A stretch of DNA of 63,582 nucleotides, filler included, from Conidiobolus incongruus B7586 (Eukaryota): the NCBI GenBank assembly GCA_000697335.1. It is 3 parts of 3 records of this genome, joined end to end, with 100 filler letters (N's around TTAATTAATTAA, not from the genome) between each part and the next. Parts side by side here need not be neighbours in the genome. Positions count along the whole stretch, not along the records: positions 24,628 to 54,332 come from JNEM01006453.1; 2 more parts are not named here. One strand, written 5' to 3'. A model generated the notes under the pieces. The model searched no databases. It worked only from the letters and a program-made list of their open reading frames with translations, and had not been told where the DNA came from. A program made the translations under genes and the position numbers. Each line of letters starts with the position of its first letter. Within the stretch, counting starts at the first letter, position 1. Positions 38,195-53,007 of this stretch are shown piece by piece.

Positions 38195-41100
38195 TGATAT
38201 ATTTAATCAACACTTTAATATCAATGCAAAAACAGAGCAAAATAAAATAAGTTAATATTTATTAATAATTCTACAAGAATATCAATAATAATGGATCTCA
38301 AAATTCCAATAAATTAAAAATTTAATTTAAACTATAATGTCAATAGTTAATAATAAATTTTAATTGATTCAAGTGATGCTGTCAGATGGTTGAAATAATT
38401 GTTAATTTGGAATAATTTTGAATTTAAAAAGGTTGGCTCATTCTTTTGAAATCTCCTAGTTCAAATTATTATACCAAAATGACGATTACCAATCAATTTG
38501 ATTTTATGGGATGTTTTTATAAATCAATTCAATTTTAATACCTTTAATCAGTCCACTTAATATTTGTAATAATCGAAAACTTTATCAAGTTTTATTGAAA
38601 ATAATCAATATCAAATTTTGAATAATATTTTATAATAATTTGGGATAGTCTACTATATAAAAAGCAAAATAAAAACGCTAAAATATATTGAATATTGATA
38701 GTAAACTCTTGAATATTTAATTTTTAGTTTATGGTTTATTGATTTTATTTGAATAAACATTTATGCACATTATTCATCAGATATTTAATCAAAATATGAA
38801 TTTATCCTTATTGGTACTATTGTGGATTAACAATTATTAATCAAGGATTCTCTGGATTGGTCCTTATTGGATATTTTTGACAAGTAAAAAAATTGATAAT
38901 TTTTTGAAAATATCATGGTAATATGATAGTAATATTACTCAAAGTTAAATAATATTTAGATTAATTTCAAAAATTGATTGATGTACATATATACATATAA
39001 TTATTAATTGTAATATTAATAACTAAATGATCTAAACTGAGTCTAGATTCAATTAAGTAATAGTATTTTCAACTACTTTGAAAAAATTTATGCAATATTG
39101 ATAAAGCGGTCGATTTAAAAAATACTATTTTCAAGAAATGTATTGTAGACCTTAGAATTATTCCCAGACACGGGTCAACTTTGAGTATATTTTTTATCTT
39201 GAATGAGTTATTAAGTCTAGAAAAATCAAGTTTCCATTTATAGAAATTGCTTCTTTTTGGAGTGGAATCGCTAAACAATTGGAAATACAAGTAGCGATAT
39301 TTTCATTATAGATTATAATGAATAATATTAAAAATATATATTATAAAATATAGAGTAATTTTTTGCAGATGAATTTAATATATAATACAAGATATTAGCT
39401 TGTAATACACTTGTATTTAATATTTTTAATTTGCAATTGAAAATTGGATATTTTCAATTTTAATCCAAATCAAGTTTTCCAAAATTAATAAAATCTTCAC
39501 ACCAATTTTCAACCATTTAAAGCATTTACCATATTAACTATTATTAAATATCCCATATCGCTTCCTAATATAACACTTTGCTTACCTTTTTTCACACACT
39601 TCAAAATATCAAAACCTATAAAATTATTTCATAGTTTTTAGTACTTTAATTTTATCATTATTTTTAACTCTTTCAGAGCAAAACACGCTAAAAGGTCATT
39701 CAGGTCAATTTATACAGAACCAATAAAAATTAAATATAAACACTATTAATGCAATAAACTCAATTTCATAAATAACTCCAATATATATGACTATTAAATC
39801 ATATTTTGCAATTATAAAAATTATTCATTTTATATTAATGTATATCTGATTCTAAAATTATTTCATAAAATATATTATAAATTAATAGAGATATCATATT
39901 CTTGGCCAAAAAATTATCATAATTATATCAAATAAAATCAAAATATTTCATTTATAACAAATAATAAATATACAATGAAATAAAATATATTAATATAGTT
40001 ATTATTTATACTAAAGTAAATATAAAATAAAAAAGATTTATTATAACAATTAAACATAATTAGAGAAATATCAATTTATATAAAATTTATATTTATATTA
40101 TATATAATTTTAAAATAAATAGTTTATTTTTTGATTTATAATCTTTATAAAAATAATTTAGGATTAAATAACTGGACTTTTTTTAATAATTAATATTATT
40201 ATTAAATAATATTATAAGATAATATTCAGTTTTTTCATTTTATTAATTATATTAGAAATATTGCAATTAATAAGATTCTGAAATTAAAAATATATAAGAT
40301 TAGTAATATAGAAACCACTTAATAATAAATATAATCTGAATTAATTATTTTTCAAAATTAGCTTTGAATTTAATATTTAGTTAAATCTTTAATTATTACT
40401 TTCTAAAATTGATAAATATTCTTTAATTTAAGTTTTTATATTCAAATATAAATTTTATATTTTCTTTATATCTTTAAATAGAAAAAGATTATGAAACCAA
40501 TATTTGAATTATTATTTACTGATATTAAATTCTAGTATTATTTGTTATCAAAATTTAAATAAATAATACAATTTTTTTTTCAATTATTGTTATTTTATTA
40601 TTATTATTCTATTTTATATTCTATGATATCATATTATTCAATTAAATAAATTTATAAATATATAGACTATATCAATATTTATTTTTATATTTATAATTAA
40701 TATATAGTTCAGTTAATTGAAATAATCTGAATAATCAAAGGATAATAATAAAATTTATTATATTTTACTTTAGCTAATTATTTTATTATTAAATATATAT
40801 TCAATAATAATAAAAACTATTTTATAAACTTATTAAGTACTTAATAATAATCAACACTCATATTTGTCAAGGTGTAAATTATTTAAGGAATTAGTTTTGA
40901 ATGAGGATTAAATATTTTGTTTATATGATATATTTTTTATATTATAATTCAACCAATAGCTATATTAAATTGTTCTTCAGCCATTCAATATTATATTTAC
41001 AAACTACAATAATACAGACTTCAAGTATTTATTATTAAGATTTATTATATATATAATATAAATTGATTTTATAGTTTGAGTAAATATAAATTATATTATT

Positions 41101-43726
41101 ATTAATTAGAATTAATTTGAAAAAATTTCTTAATATAATTATATTTAATCAATAACAAGTTATAGTTTAAAATATATATAGGTAATATTTTTATTTATCA
41201 GAATCTTTTATAATACCACCTTATTTATATATTATAATGATATATATTTCTAATGCTTTTATGAAAATTAAAATTTCTCGCAAACTTTTATCATTCAACA
41301 GTTTCATTCAAATTATTATATCACTTTATGATTAATTCTTGTTAGATTGTTAACTATAATATTAATTATTATAAAATTGGACTTGGGAAAACTAATAATA
41401 AATTAAAACTATTATATATGTTTAAAGGTTATTTTATTTAAACCCTTTTATTAAAAGTTATTAATATATTTAAAATTTTACAAATTCTTTGACTATTGAA
41501 TGATAATTTGAAAGTTGAATAACTATATATAGTTGTTTGTTTTTAGTAATAGTAGGTAAGGATCTTAAATAATTTATTCATCAAATAATTAAAAACAAAT
41601 AAACTGATATAAAACAACTTATCATTTATACTTATTTTATCTTTATAATTGTTAAAAAAATTGGAATATAAGTCAAAAAAATAATATATTATATAATTTT
41701 AAAAATTGTATAAATAGATTTATATTGGAATTTATAAATTATAGTATATATCATCATTAGCTATTTATGAATATTATATTAATTATAAAACTCACCAAGT
41801 TTTATAATATTTCCAATATTAATTAATAAAAATATATATTCATAATATACTATATTATAATCGAATATTAAATTCATAGATAGATACATATATAATACAA
41901 CAAACACATTGAGAAAGTTGATATTAATTCAACTATAATAAAATTTATACTTAACATTCGTTTTATTATATATAAATCAGGTTATTTTATATTGTATTTT
42001 TTATATATCTCAAAATCATTACTAAACTAAGATTTAAAATAGAGTTATCAAATAAATAATGAGATTAATTTTTAAGATCAATTCATTTCAATCAATATAA
42101 TGAAAAAAATGTTATTTATTACATAATATTTTTCAACCAATCATTTTTCACTGTATAACATAAGCACTTAGGTCTAATTTATTACTTTGTTCTGTCAAAA
42201 TTATTCGACATGTCATATTAATCTTAATTTATTTGATATTGAAAGAGTTAATTTTTATTTAAAATGATTTAATTGCTATTTAATTTCAATTTATACGAAT
42301 TTTTTAGAAAATTTATTTATATTTAATAAATAAGCTTCAAATAATATTGTAAATAACTATTAATGTTTTATTATAATAAAATAATTAGAATAAAATAAGA
42401 ATGAGATTAACATATCTTATATTTTTTAATATAATTTTATCTCTAATAAATATTTATAGATTATTGTTTTCAAACTAGTTATTTTTATTATTTTTTATAG
42501 ATATCATTACTTATAATAGTTACTCATTTTTAAGATTAAAGTATTGACAGAAAGAGTACAAATAGCAATATCAAGTGATTTTATATTTTAGAATTATGTG
42601 AATATTTTAACCACATTATAATATTGATTTATTGGCATAAATATTAAGTGATACTAGAGATTTTAAACTAAATCATAAGTTTATTAAATGATGATATATT
42701 TTATGTATAACATTGAATCAAAATAATATTAATCATAATAATTTTGGATATTTTCTATAATAAGTCTTTTAACACCTACAACCATAATAATTTACTCATC
42801 ATTTAAATATTATCAGAATTGCCTAACTTTACAATATAATGGTCATTTATTACTAAAAATAATGAATAAAATTAAAAAAAATTTAAATAATCAATTAATA
42901 TAAAATTGGGTGTCTGTCAATGGCAAAATAGTTTATTATTATTAGCATTTATTATAATACCAATTTATCAAATATCCAATACTTTATACGAATTATTCAA
43001 TTAATATATTACAACTACTATCCACCTCAATAAGAAGTATACATTTTCTCAATACAGTCGACTTAATTAATATATACAAGATGAATATGACTTTTGGGAA
43101 ATCTGATTAAATTAAATTACAAGGCTAATAGAATTAATTGTGTTGTCAAAATCATGATATTTATATATAATATTACTATAAAATATAATTTAAAAATCTT
43201 TAAATTGAATTCTAATTAATCGTTTAACACTCAAAATCAATTTGGATTAAAATAATTATAAATTATCTCTTTCAAGATTCTAATATGTTAAAATTATTTA
43301 TAATATTTTGAGTAGTATCATTACTTTTTATAATGTTGATAATTATATTTCATAATTATTACATTTTTAATAATATAATAAGAAAACATAAAGTTTGTTA
43401 CTTGTAAGTTTTAACATATTTATTAAATAATAAATACTTAACAAATTATTTATTAAAATATAAAAGATAAGATAATAATAATTATATTTAAAAATCAAAT
43501 AAGAAAAAGAAATATATTAATAAATAAATAATAAACATATTAAATGAATTATTGAAATTTTTGAATTAAATTGAAAAGATTTAGAATATTATTAAAATCT
43601 ATATATTAATCTATTGATGGAAAAATTACAAAGTTACAAGTGGATTAATAAAGATATAATTATTAGTTGAGGATGTCTCAGAATAGTCAATTCAGAATAT
43701 TAATTTGTATCACTCCAAATTCTTAA

Positions 43727-43798
43727 GGTCTCATGGTGTAATGGTCAGCACCCAGGATTCTGATTCCTGTAATCTGAGTTCGATTCTCAGTGAGACCT
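43727..43798 (+). tRNA. tRNA-Gln(CTG), identical to the copy at 27877
   Basis: Same 72-nt sequence. Confidence 0.95.
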
Positions 43799-44509
43799 AA
43801 TATCATTATTATATATTTTTAATTTTATTCCAATACCTTTTTATTTTATTTAGTTCTTTTGTTAAGTTGTTTTTCATTGATAAATAACTTGAATAAATTT
43901 GATTATATTTTATTGTTATTAATTTTTTAATATTTGAATGATTTTTTATATTATATTTTGTCCAAAATTTTAGAAATATTTAGTTGAAAAAAAAATCGAA
44001 ATTGGACAATATTGAATTCAATTCCATATTTAGCAATGTATTAACGTTCGGATTTCTTTTTTTCTGACTAACAGAAATGAGATTTAGAAATCTAATATAT
44101 GATATTCAAACTTAAATTTGTCAAAAGTTCAAAATATTTGGATGTAAATTGTGTAATATACATATTTATAGGATCATATATTGTTTTTGAAATTAATATA
44201 ATATATATACCCAATTATTCAATTCTAGTTAATATTATTAAATTTGTCAATCAATTAAACTATATTAATTGTTTATACTATTCTAATCATATTGACTTTT
44301 GTAATATCTATCAATATGCTGGACAATAATAGAGTATATATTTACGTTAAATAATGAATTTGAGGCATACTCTAATATAATGACACCTGAATATCATTTA
44401 ATAATCCCATAATCTGAAATTTATTTTATTCCCCTACAAAAATTAATTTAGCCGTCCACCATTTCCTATAACAATATTAAAAATCTAATCTAATCTCTTC
44501 ATTCTCAAA

Positions 44510-45685
44510 ATGGTAGAAATAACTGTCTTCACTGGCTTCCTCGGATCTGGAAAAACCAGCATAATCCTCAATCTAATCCCCCAAATTCCCAAAGACTACA
44601 AATTAGCCATCTTAAAAAACGAGTTTGGAGATAACGCTGTCGACAGTAAATTATTTGAACAGTTGAATAAACGTCAAAACGGGGTAGTAAATGGAGATGG
44701 GATCCAAGGGAAACATATGGCTGTGAAAGAAATGCTTAACGGATGTTTGTGCTGTGTTTTGGTCGGACAGATGAAGAATGCATTATTAGAAATTCAAGGT
44801 GCGTTACACTAATGAAATATTTATAACAGTAATTAATTTTGAGGGAATTTAGAGATGTATCAACCAGATAGAATTATTATTGAAACAAGTGGATCTGCAT
44901 TCCCAGGTAATATTTTTACATATAAAATTCAACCATATTAATGATTATTTAGCACCTATCGCTTGGCAAATTCGAGAACTTAAACCCAACGGATTTAATT
45001 TGGACTCCATATTGACGGTTATTGATTGTGTCAATTTTAAAGGATATGAAGATACTAGCTATACTGCCAAGCTCCAGGCTCAGTACACCGATCTGTTATT
45101 GTTGAATAAAGTAGAATTGGTGAGTTAATAGAATGATTAATTTATAACTTAATCTAACAGTATTGATAGGTAACTGAAAGACAGCTAGATCTCGTGATCG
45201 ACCACGTTGCCGAACTGAATCCTGATACACCAAGGATCCTAGTTTACAAAGATCAACCTGTTAGTCTCGATCTAATCTTCGGATTAGATACACCTCTCTT
45301 TAAGACTAGAGCCTCCGAATCTCACCATGACGAGCACCATCACGCCAGTGAAGTGGACATCATCCAAATTAATATCCCCAAAACTTCTACATGGCCCCTC
45401 CTAACTCAATCCCAATGGGAAGACTTCCTCAAAACTCTTGACTGCGAGGACGTTTACCGCGTCAAAGGCGTCATCCACTTCCAGGAAGATCCCAACACAG
45501 CAAAAATTTTGAACTGGGCATTCGGTAGATGGGAATGGTTCGACTACGACGGTGACACCTCCAAATTCGTCGAACTTACGGTAATGGGACAACTCACTAA
45601 GAGATATATCAGAATTTTTGGAAAAGAATTAGGCGTTGACGATGATAGTCAATCTATTAGTTTTCACCCAGCATACAAACATTAA
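44510..45685 (+). CDS. CobW/COG0523 (Zng1-like) metal-chaperone GTPase, 4 exons
   Basis: GFLGSGKT Walker A, NEFG, GCLCC, IIIETSG after splicing, LLLNKVE, His-rich HHDEHHH and RVKG; three GT-AG introns join the listed ORFs. Confidence 0.9.
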
Positions 45686-46879
45686 AATTAGAATACTATT
45701 ACAAAAAATAATCATTCTCAATTAATTTAATATTCTTATTTTTTTAACTCTATAATATATGAATAAACCGAAATATTTTCCCATCTGAGTATTGAGATAC
45801 CGAATTCATAAATTTGACAGTCATGACCACCAACAAAGAATTATCATAAGATTCACAATCTAGGAACTAACCTGTATAAAACAAGACTGCATTATTCATA
45901 GCATTCAAATCTACTCCACTTTCACTAATTGGACTACATTTCGCGGCTCGAGTACTGAGGACTAGTATAGTGATATTGAAATAATTCATCTTCAGTTTTA
46001 ATTTTATTGAATTATATCAATATCAATTTCAATTTATTGGTGGGCATTTTTGTTGATCTTATCACACAATTTAACTAAAATCCATCGGAAGGATAAATAA
46101 TGTCATCAATTTATCAAATAAATAAATTGTTGTAGTGAATCTTTTATAACTAAAATAAGTTCTTACAATTTTTCAATTAATTTAAAAAGTTTTAAATTGA
46201 AAACTATAATTGTATAAAACTAATAATAATGAACAAGTTAACTTGATCAATATAATAATGTTTCATGATTTTAATATCATTTTAGACTTTATTAAATAGA
46301 TTGTTTTAAGATTGAAATGAATACAAATGAATATTGATGCTGTGTAAAAAAAACCTTTTTCCACAGGATATTTTGAATAGTCAATAAAGGGTAAGTGATT
46401 TGATGTGTACATTAAAAAATTAGATTTTATTCTATTGATGTAGTTAGTGGATCATTATAATTCTTCGATTTTATTCTCCTTTTAACTATAGTAAAAAGAT
46501 TAAAAATAATTGAAGGTTAGTTATAAAATAAATTTAGACATTTAGTAGATACTGATTGGAAATATTTAAGATCATCATAGATTAAAAAATGATTCAATTA
46601 TCTAATCAAAAATTAACAGTGATAATTATTTTAGATCTCAATTAAACTATTCTATTCAACATAATAATATATGCAAAATTTATCTATTTGAAAATTACAA
46701 TGAATTAAATTCTCAAATTTTATTTCAAAATCCAACCTTAATTTCTGGCTCAAGTTTCTCAAAATCCTCGATTATAACAGAAAATACTAGATCAAACTCA
46801 ATAATTATAATATCAACCAACATTTTTAATTAATTCATCAAATCCCACCCAAGAATTTATACTCTAAGATCAATACCTC

Positions 46880-47990
46880 AAAAACCTTCAAAATGCCCAA
46901 AATACCACAGCAATATTAAACTATATTCAATCAAACCCCAAGCAAATGCAATTTTATACAAGTTCCAAACTTCTCTGAAGGCTTAAGGAAGCGGGATCAA
47001 TTGTTTTTTACGCGTAATTAATCTAAATAGAGGTACTGAATTAGTGACTTGTCATGGGATGAAATTTGCGACTTGATGGGTAATTTTATAACCTTATTAA
47101 GCAGTCACCAAGTTAAATGAATCACAATCAACTTGTATCATAGTAATTCTTAAAGTGATTGCAATGATGATTTAATTCGAGATCCTAAACTCATGGAATT
47201 CGAAATTGGTGAAGATTTCCAATTGAAAATCAAGTAACTGAGCTTTGTCGAGAGGGAATTTAAGTTGGAAAACGTGGCTGACTGGCGTCTATCTAGCATA
47301 ATAATTGAAATTCTATCATTATTTTGAATGTTTTAATTGATATTGGATTTGGTTGTTTAGTTCAATACATACCTTCAAGGTCTGACAATTTCTTAAACTT
47401 GGATGTAATACGAGTATTATAGGTTTGTCAAGTGCCAACTATATCCGAATCACCATTACATTATGACGGATTATCGTACATCGGTTCTAACGAATGCTAT
47501 TAGCAACGTAGAATTGAACTTTACATAAAATGTATAGGTTGAATAACTAAGTTAGGATCAGTTTCAAAATTGAGACTGTTTATAATCCCTAAAACCACAG
47601 AATTTATTGGAGGAATGGATCCAACGTAATCTTTCCTTCTATTCCATTTACCTATCCGACGCCTTTCACCAATTTCAACTTGCTCAATCCATTCCAAGAA
47701 ATATCAATACCCTTTGAAGTCCAACGTCCTTGCATTAATCTATTTCCCCGTACGCTAGACCCACATTGAAGTTACTATTGAATTCGAATATCAATCTTAC
47801 TAATTTATGGGCCTTGTCGGTCGCGTCAGTGTGCTGATGCAGCTTTGTGAAGTCGATTGGCATTATAGTTCTGTACCAAGGGATTCAAGGATCTCGAAAG
47901 ATCGGATTTACATTACGATCCCATACACGAGTTGACAACTTCCGAACTTGTCAGAGAATATATCACTGAGAGTAATTTATTAGATTGTGA
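46880..47990 (+). pseudogene. Decayed coding-like sequence of unknown family
   Basis: GC is well above the flanks, with protein-like short frames broken by stops (SDLSWDEICDLMGNF, SFVEREFKLENVADWRL, DLHYDPIHELTTSELVREYI). No motif recognised. Confidence 0.3.
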
Positions 47991-48304
47991 ATTTTATTGA
48001 GCTAATTATAAATCTTTGTTAAGTTTTGTAGGTATATATTCAATAGAATCATAGATAAAAATATAATAAATTGTATAATTTATAAATGAATATAGTTCAA
48101 ATTATAATTTAATTAAAAATAAATGATAATATTATTTTATGTTATGAGAAAATTAAATTAAATTATTGACTGATAAAATGAATGAGTTATAGGTTATTAT
48201 AATAGAAAAATTTAAAAATAAATAAAATTATGATAATTTTGGTTAGAAAATATTAAAATATGAGAGATATATTACAAAGATAAATTCATTAATTTATATA
48301 ATAA

Positions 48305-48378
48305 GATCTCGTGGTGTAGTTGGTTATCACGTCTGTCTAACACACAGACGGTCCTCAGTTCGAATCTGAGCGAGATCA
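48305..48378 (+). tRNA. tRNA-Val(AAC)
   Basis: GATCTCG/CGAGATC acceptor, TCTGT-CTAACAC-ACAGA anticodon arm, GTTCGAATC. Confidence 0.95.
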
Positions 48379-49617
48379 GATATCATTTAGTTTTTTTTGT
48401 AATTACTACAGAAATTAATTATTCATAGTTTTTTCAAATAGATTAAATAGGTTTTATATAAATATTTCTGCACTTAAATTAAGTAATATCAATTGTCATT
48501 CATTCAATTCCTATTTTCTTAATTTCTCTTAACTATTTTTCCTGAATTTTTATCTGAATATATTTAAGAATTAAACTAAATTTCAAAATTCACTTATTAT
48601 TATGAATTTTAAAAACAATCAAATTAAATTAAATAATATTTTAATTAGATATTTTGAATGTAGATATTATTATATGGTTACTTCATTATTTGAAAAATAT
48701 TGACTATAGTATTATCTTGAATTACATAATTTATTTTTCAATTTTTATTCAAAATTATTAGATGAAATTCAATTGATTTTAACAATCAAATTTTACCACT
48801 GTTCATTCTATTAATAATTTATAAAATTTGAAATTAACAGTTAAGATATCAAACCTTGGATATGATATATTTCATTTAACTAAATAATCCAATATATTAA
48901 TATATGATATTGGATTTGTTAATATTTATTATTCGATGGTGTATATTCAATATGATTTTTTTAATTTGAGCAATATTAGTTTATAGTTATTATTGAAAAT
49001 TGATTTAATCCAAATTTCCAGCTGTTTATTATAGTAAACATATCTATTTATTTGAAATAAACACTACTTATGGTTACGCTAATATTAATAAAGATTATCA
49101 ATTTGATAATAATGTGTGATCATAATACGATCTTTTACTTAATTTATTTTATGCTCTATATCATAAAATTACTAATATCGTTTATTGATATATTAATCTA
49201 ATTTTATTTTTGATGAGATTCAATACACACTATTTAAAAGCGTACAATACTCCTTTCAGAGTATTTATATATCCTTTTTTGAAATATTTTCTTTGAAAAA
49301 CTTATAGAAATATTGGCTAATGTATGTATTATTTACATCAAAGTTTGAAACCAAATTTGATATTATAATTGGCAGTAAATTCAAAACTAATATTAATCAA
49401 TCACAGTCATAATTAGGAAATTTCATTAACTATGAGATGAATTTTTTTTAAATTTCACCACATTATAATCCAATTTTCAATATTACATCATCATTAATTT
49501 GTTTAATATTCAAAAATGATATTTTAAAGAATTTAGTCTAATTACTTTTTTATTCCCGATTTCCTCCAAAGTTTGAACTAATGAATTAACATTATATATA
49601 CAATATAAAATACTAAT

Positions 49618-51385
49618 ATGACCCATTTCCCATCACACCCCGACCAACTTAAAGATTTTTTAAGGAAATTGGACAATTTCACAGAAGACCAAATTGCCGA
49701 TTTGGACGTGACTTTGCCCGATACTTGGCTCAAGAACCCTAAATATCTCGACCGTTTGCACTTATGTCTTATAGAAGCGTATCCCAATCTCTCTCACAGA
49801 TTCACAAACTTACTTTCCGATCTACTACCATTTTTAGGTCATCGTCTATGGCTAGGATGGTGGCCTCTCCTGCAAGGCGATTGGGGACTTTCGACAACAG
49901 TGAACTGGCTGCAAAAGAATATAGACAACCCTTCACTCTTAACCCAATTTTTTGACATGGTCCTCGGTCGTAAAACTTTGGACTCGGGTGAACAATCGCT
50001 CGATAGTCAATTGGGTTATTTGGCTTTGGAGAGGTTGTTGGTAACTCAGTGTGAGGTAAGTATTCAACTAAATTATATTTAAATCTCATCTAATTTTCAA
50101 TTTAGAAATTGTTACCAATATTGAGACCCAATATTAAAACTATTGAAGGAATTAAACTGTTTTTAAAGTTTTTCACCAATCAAGTAATTAATTTTTTTTC
50201 TGTTTATAAATAATAATTATTGACAATATAATTGTAGCCTGACAGTATCATTAATTTAATTTATCACGATATTTTAAATGATGTAATTGATACTGTTAAA
50301 GTAAGTTATTTTACTTTTTTATTCAATTTTTATTTAACAAAATAATTTAGAATCCTCCTATCCCTGACTGGAATGTTGAACCAAGCTTAGAATTGATCAC
50401 TTTAGTCATACCTTATCTAGCTCAAAAATTAAAGTCTCAGTTAGTTCCACTATTACATATTCTCATTCAATTCCAATATGCTCCAATGTTTACTATTTTA
50501 TACGAAATCATTCCTCTTAATCTTATTGAAATTATCAAAAATGAGAATCATATTAAACAGATTGAACAAAAGTTAGAATATGAAACAAAAGACCAAATCG
50601 TCAATGTAAAACATTCAACAGATCGCCATGTTTCGTTAAATTCATTATTACTCCAACATACCATTCATCCCAATAGTATTATAATGACGTGGGAGGAGGA
50701 ATTGACCCAACTTGACCAAGTAGCTCAGCAAGATCCCAACACTATTGTCACACAAGCCCTTCTCAAATACAATTCACCACCAGAGGTTATTTTAGATCAA
50801 ACTACCAAATCCTCCCCACACTACGAATCTCTACCATTCTATGTCTACCATCTAACACACCACCTGCGTCGCAAGCATCTGGATCATCTCCCTGCAAGTG
50901 TGCGCGAAGGAGACCACCACCAAGTATTCATTCAGCTCAAATCCCTTCAACAGGAGAACAAATCCTTACGGGAAAAGCTGGATCGAAACCTGATAGAGAC
51001 ACAAAATAGACAGTCTAACCATGTGAAATGGGAGAACGAACTCAATTCCAAGCTCAAAAACTTTAGGGAGCAGATCAAAGAACTCAAAGTCAAATTACAA
51101 GCTATGGAATTGGAACTACAGAGTATAAAGCAGAAAGATACGAACGCTGAGGATTTATCTACAGGATTGAATCCGGAAATTGAATTGACAAGATTGAATG
51201 ACCTTGAGGATGAGAATATCAAATTGAAGGATAAGATTAGTAAGTTGGTGGAGACCATGGTACAATGGTAAGTTTTTTTTCGATATAAGATAATTTTCAA
51301 ATATATCAACTTATATTATTAATATAGGAAAACTCAATACGAAGATAAATTACCCATAGCTGAAGTATTATCAGAAGTTAATTAA
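49618..51385 (+). CDS. TSC1: Hamartin (TSC1)-like protein, 517 aa, 5 exons (49618-50055, 50106-50183, 50238-50300, 50351-51267, 51328-51385)
   Basis: FTILYEIIPLN and HTIHPNSIIMTWEEEL resemble the hamartin N-domain motifs, followed by RRKHLDHL and a long coiled coil; the exons join in frame. Confidence 0.6.
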
Positions 51386-51552
51386 CAAAACTTTGCATTT
51401 TAATAAATTACTTCAAAAAACAACTAATCATTTACAAATTTTATCCCATAAGTTATATAATCTCTATTATTACATTTAATATTCAGAAGTAGGTGTGAAT
51501 TTAATTAAGTTCAAAATTAACTTAATTTTTATTATTATTGATTTATACCAAA

Positions 51553-52303
51553 ATGAATATTCGTCAAGCAACTGTAATTAAAAATTTTAATTCATTTTAA
51601 AAAAAAATTCTTTTTTGTTAAAAATTTATTAATTTTATTCTAAAAAAAATTTAGTGCGAGGATTTACTAGAAATTCAAAAGACTAATTTAACTAATTTAC
51701 CAGAAAATTATCAAATGAAATATTGTAAAAGAAAAATTTATTTTTTTTGAAATATTATAATTTTAACAATGTTATAATTAATAATTATTAGATATGTATC
51801 ATGCTTTGTCATGGCCTCAACTCACTTGGGTTGCTGAAGACCATAAGGGACGTATTGTTGGTTACGTATTAGCTAAAATGTAATTTATTGAAATAATATT
51901 ATTAATATATAAAATAATAAATAAATTTAATACAATATAGGGAAGAAGAAGGTAATGAACCACCTCATGGTCATATTACATCACTTTCAGTAATGAGAAA
52001 TTATCGTCGCTTGGGTATTGCCGAAAAATTAATGAATCAATCACGTAAATTTTATTAATAATTCACCATCAATCCACTACTGACTTAACCCAATAATTAG
52101 AACAAGCTATGGTAGATATTTTTGGGGCCAAATACGTCACTCTTCACGTTCGTGTGACCAATCGTGCCGCTTTAAGTTTATACAGAGATACCTTAAAGTT
52201 TGAAATTTACAATACAGAAAAGAAATATTATGCAGATGGTGAAAATGCTTTCGCAATGAGAAAATATTTAACCCCTAGTGAAAATGCTAAACCTTCTAAA
52301 TAA
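51553..52303 (+). CDS. NAA10: NatA N-terminal acetyltransferase catalytic subunit, 5 exons
   Basis: MNIRQAT|..[10 protein letters not shown]|..[43 protein letters not shown]|..[21 protein letters not shown]. Confidence 0.95.
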
Positions 52304-53007
52304 ATTAGAGATTAGAAGATTAATTGGGTATTTTATTAACAAAATAATTATTAATAATATTTCTTAACTTTAAAAAATAATTAAAAATTTATTAATTTAA
52401 TTTAATATTTTATTTCATATATTTACTTTATTATTTTTAAACAAAATATTTAATATAATAATTTAATAAATAAAATTAACATTATTTTAATTTATTATTT
52501 TTATACCTTAAGTTTTATTATTATAATTTTAATTTAGTTAAATTAATAATATTTTTTTTAAATATTTCATTTATTTTTATAATAAATTTTTCTATTAATT
52601 TAATCATATTTAATTAATTCAAATATTTATTTCAGTTTTTAAAATTATTATTATTTTTAATTATTCAAAATATAAAAATTTAATAATGTATATATATATA
52701 TATATAACAATTTATCAGTAAGTTTAATAAATTAATTTTCAAATTTGATTAATTACTTATTAATTCAATTTTTTTTACTTTTAAAATTTAACCCCCTTTT
52801 AATATAATTTATTCATAATATTTGCTCTTTAATATACTAAATAAAATTGATATATATTAACTAGTTGAAGTATATTTTTTTTAAAATAATATGAATATAT
52901 TACATAAAATTAATTATTATAAAACTTTATTATACTATTAATAGCTTATTAAAAGTTAATATGAGTGGTATTAATTAAGATGTTATTTTTCATCTAACTA
53001 GATTAAT

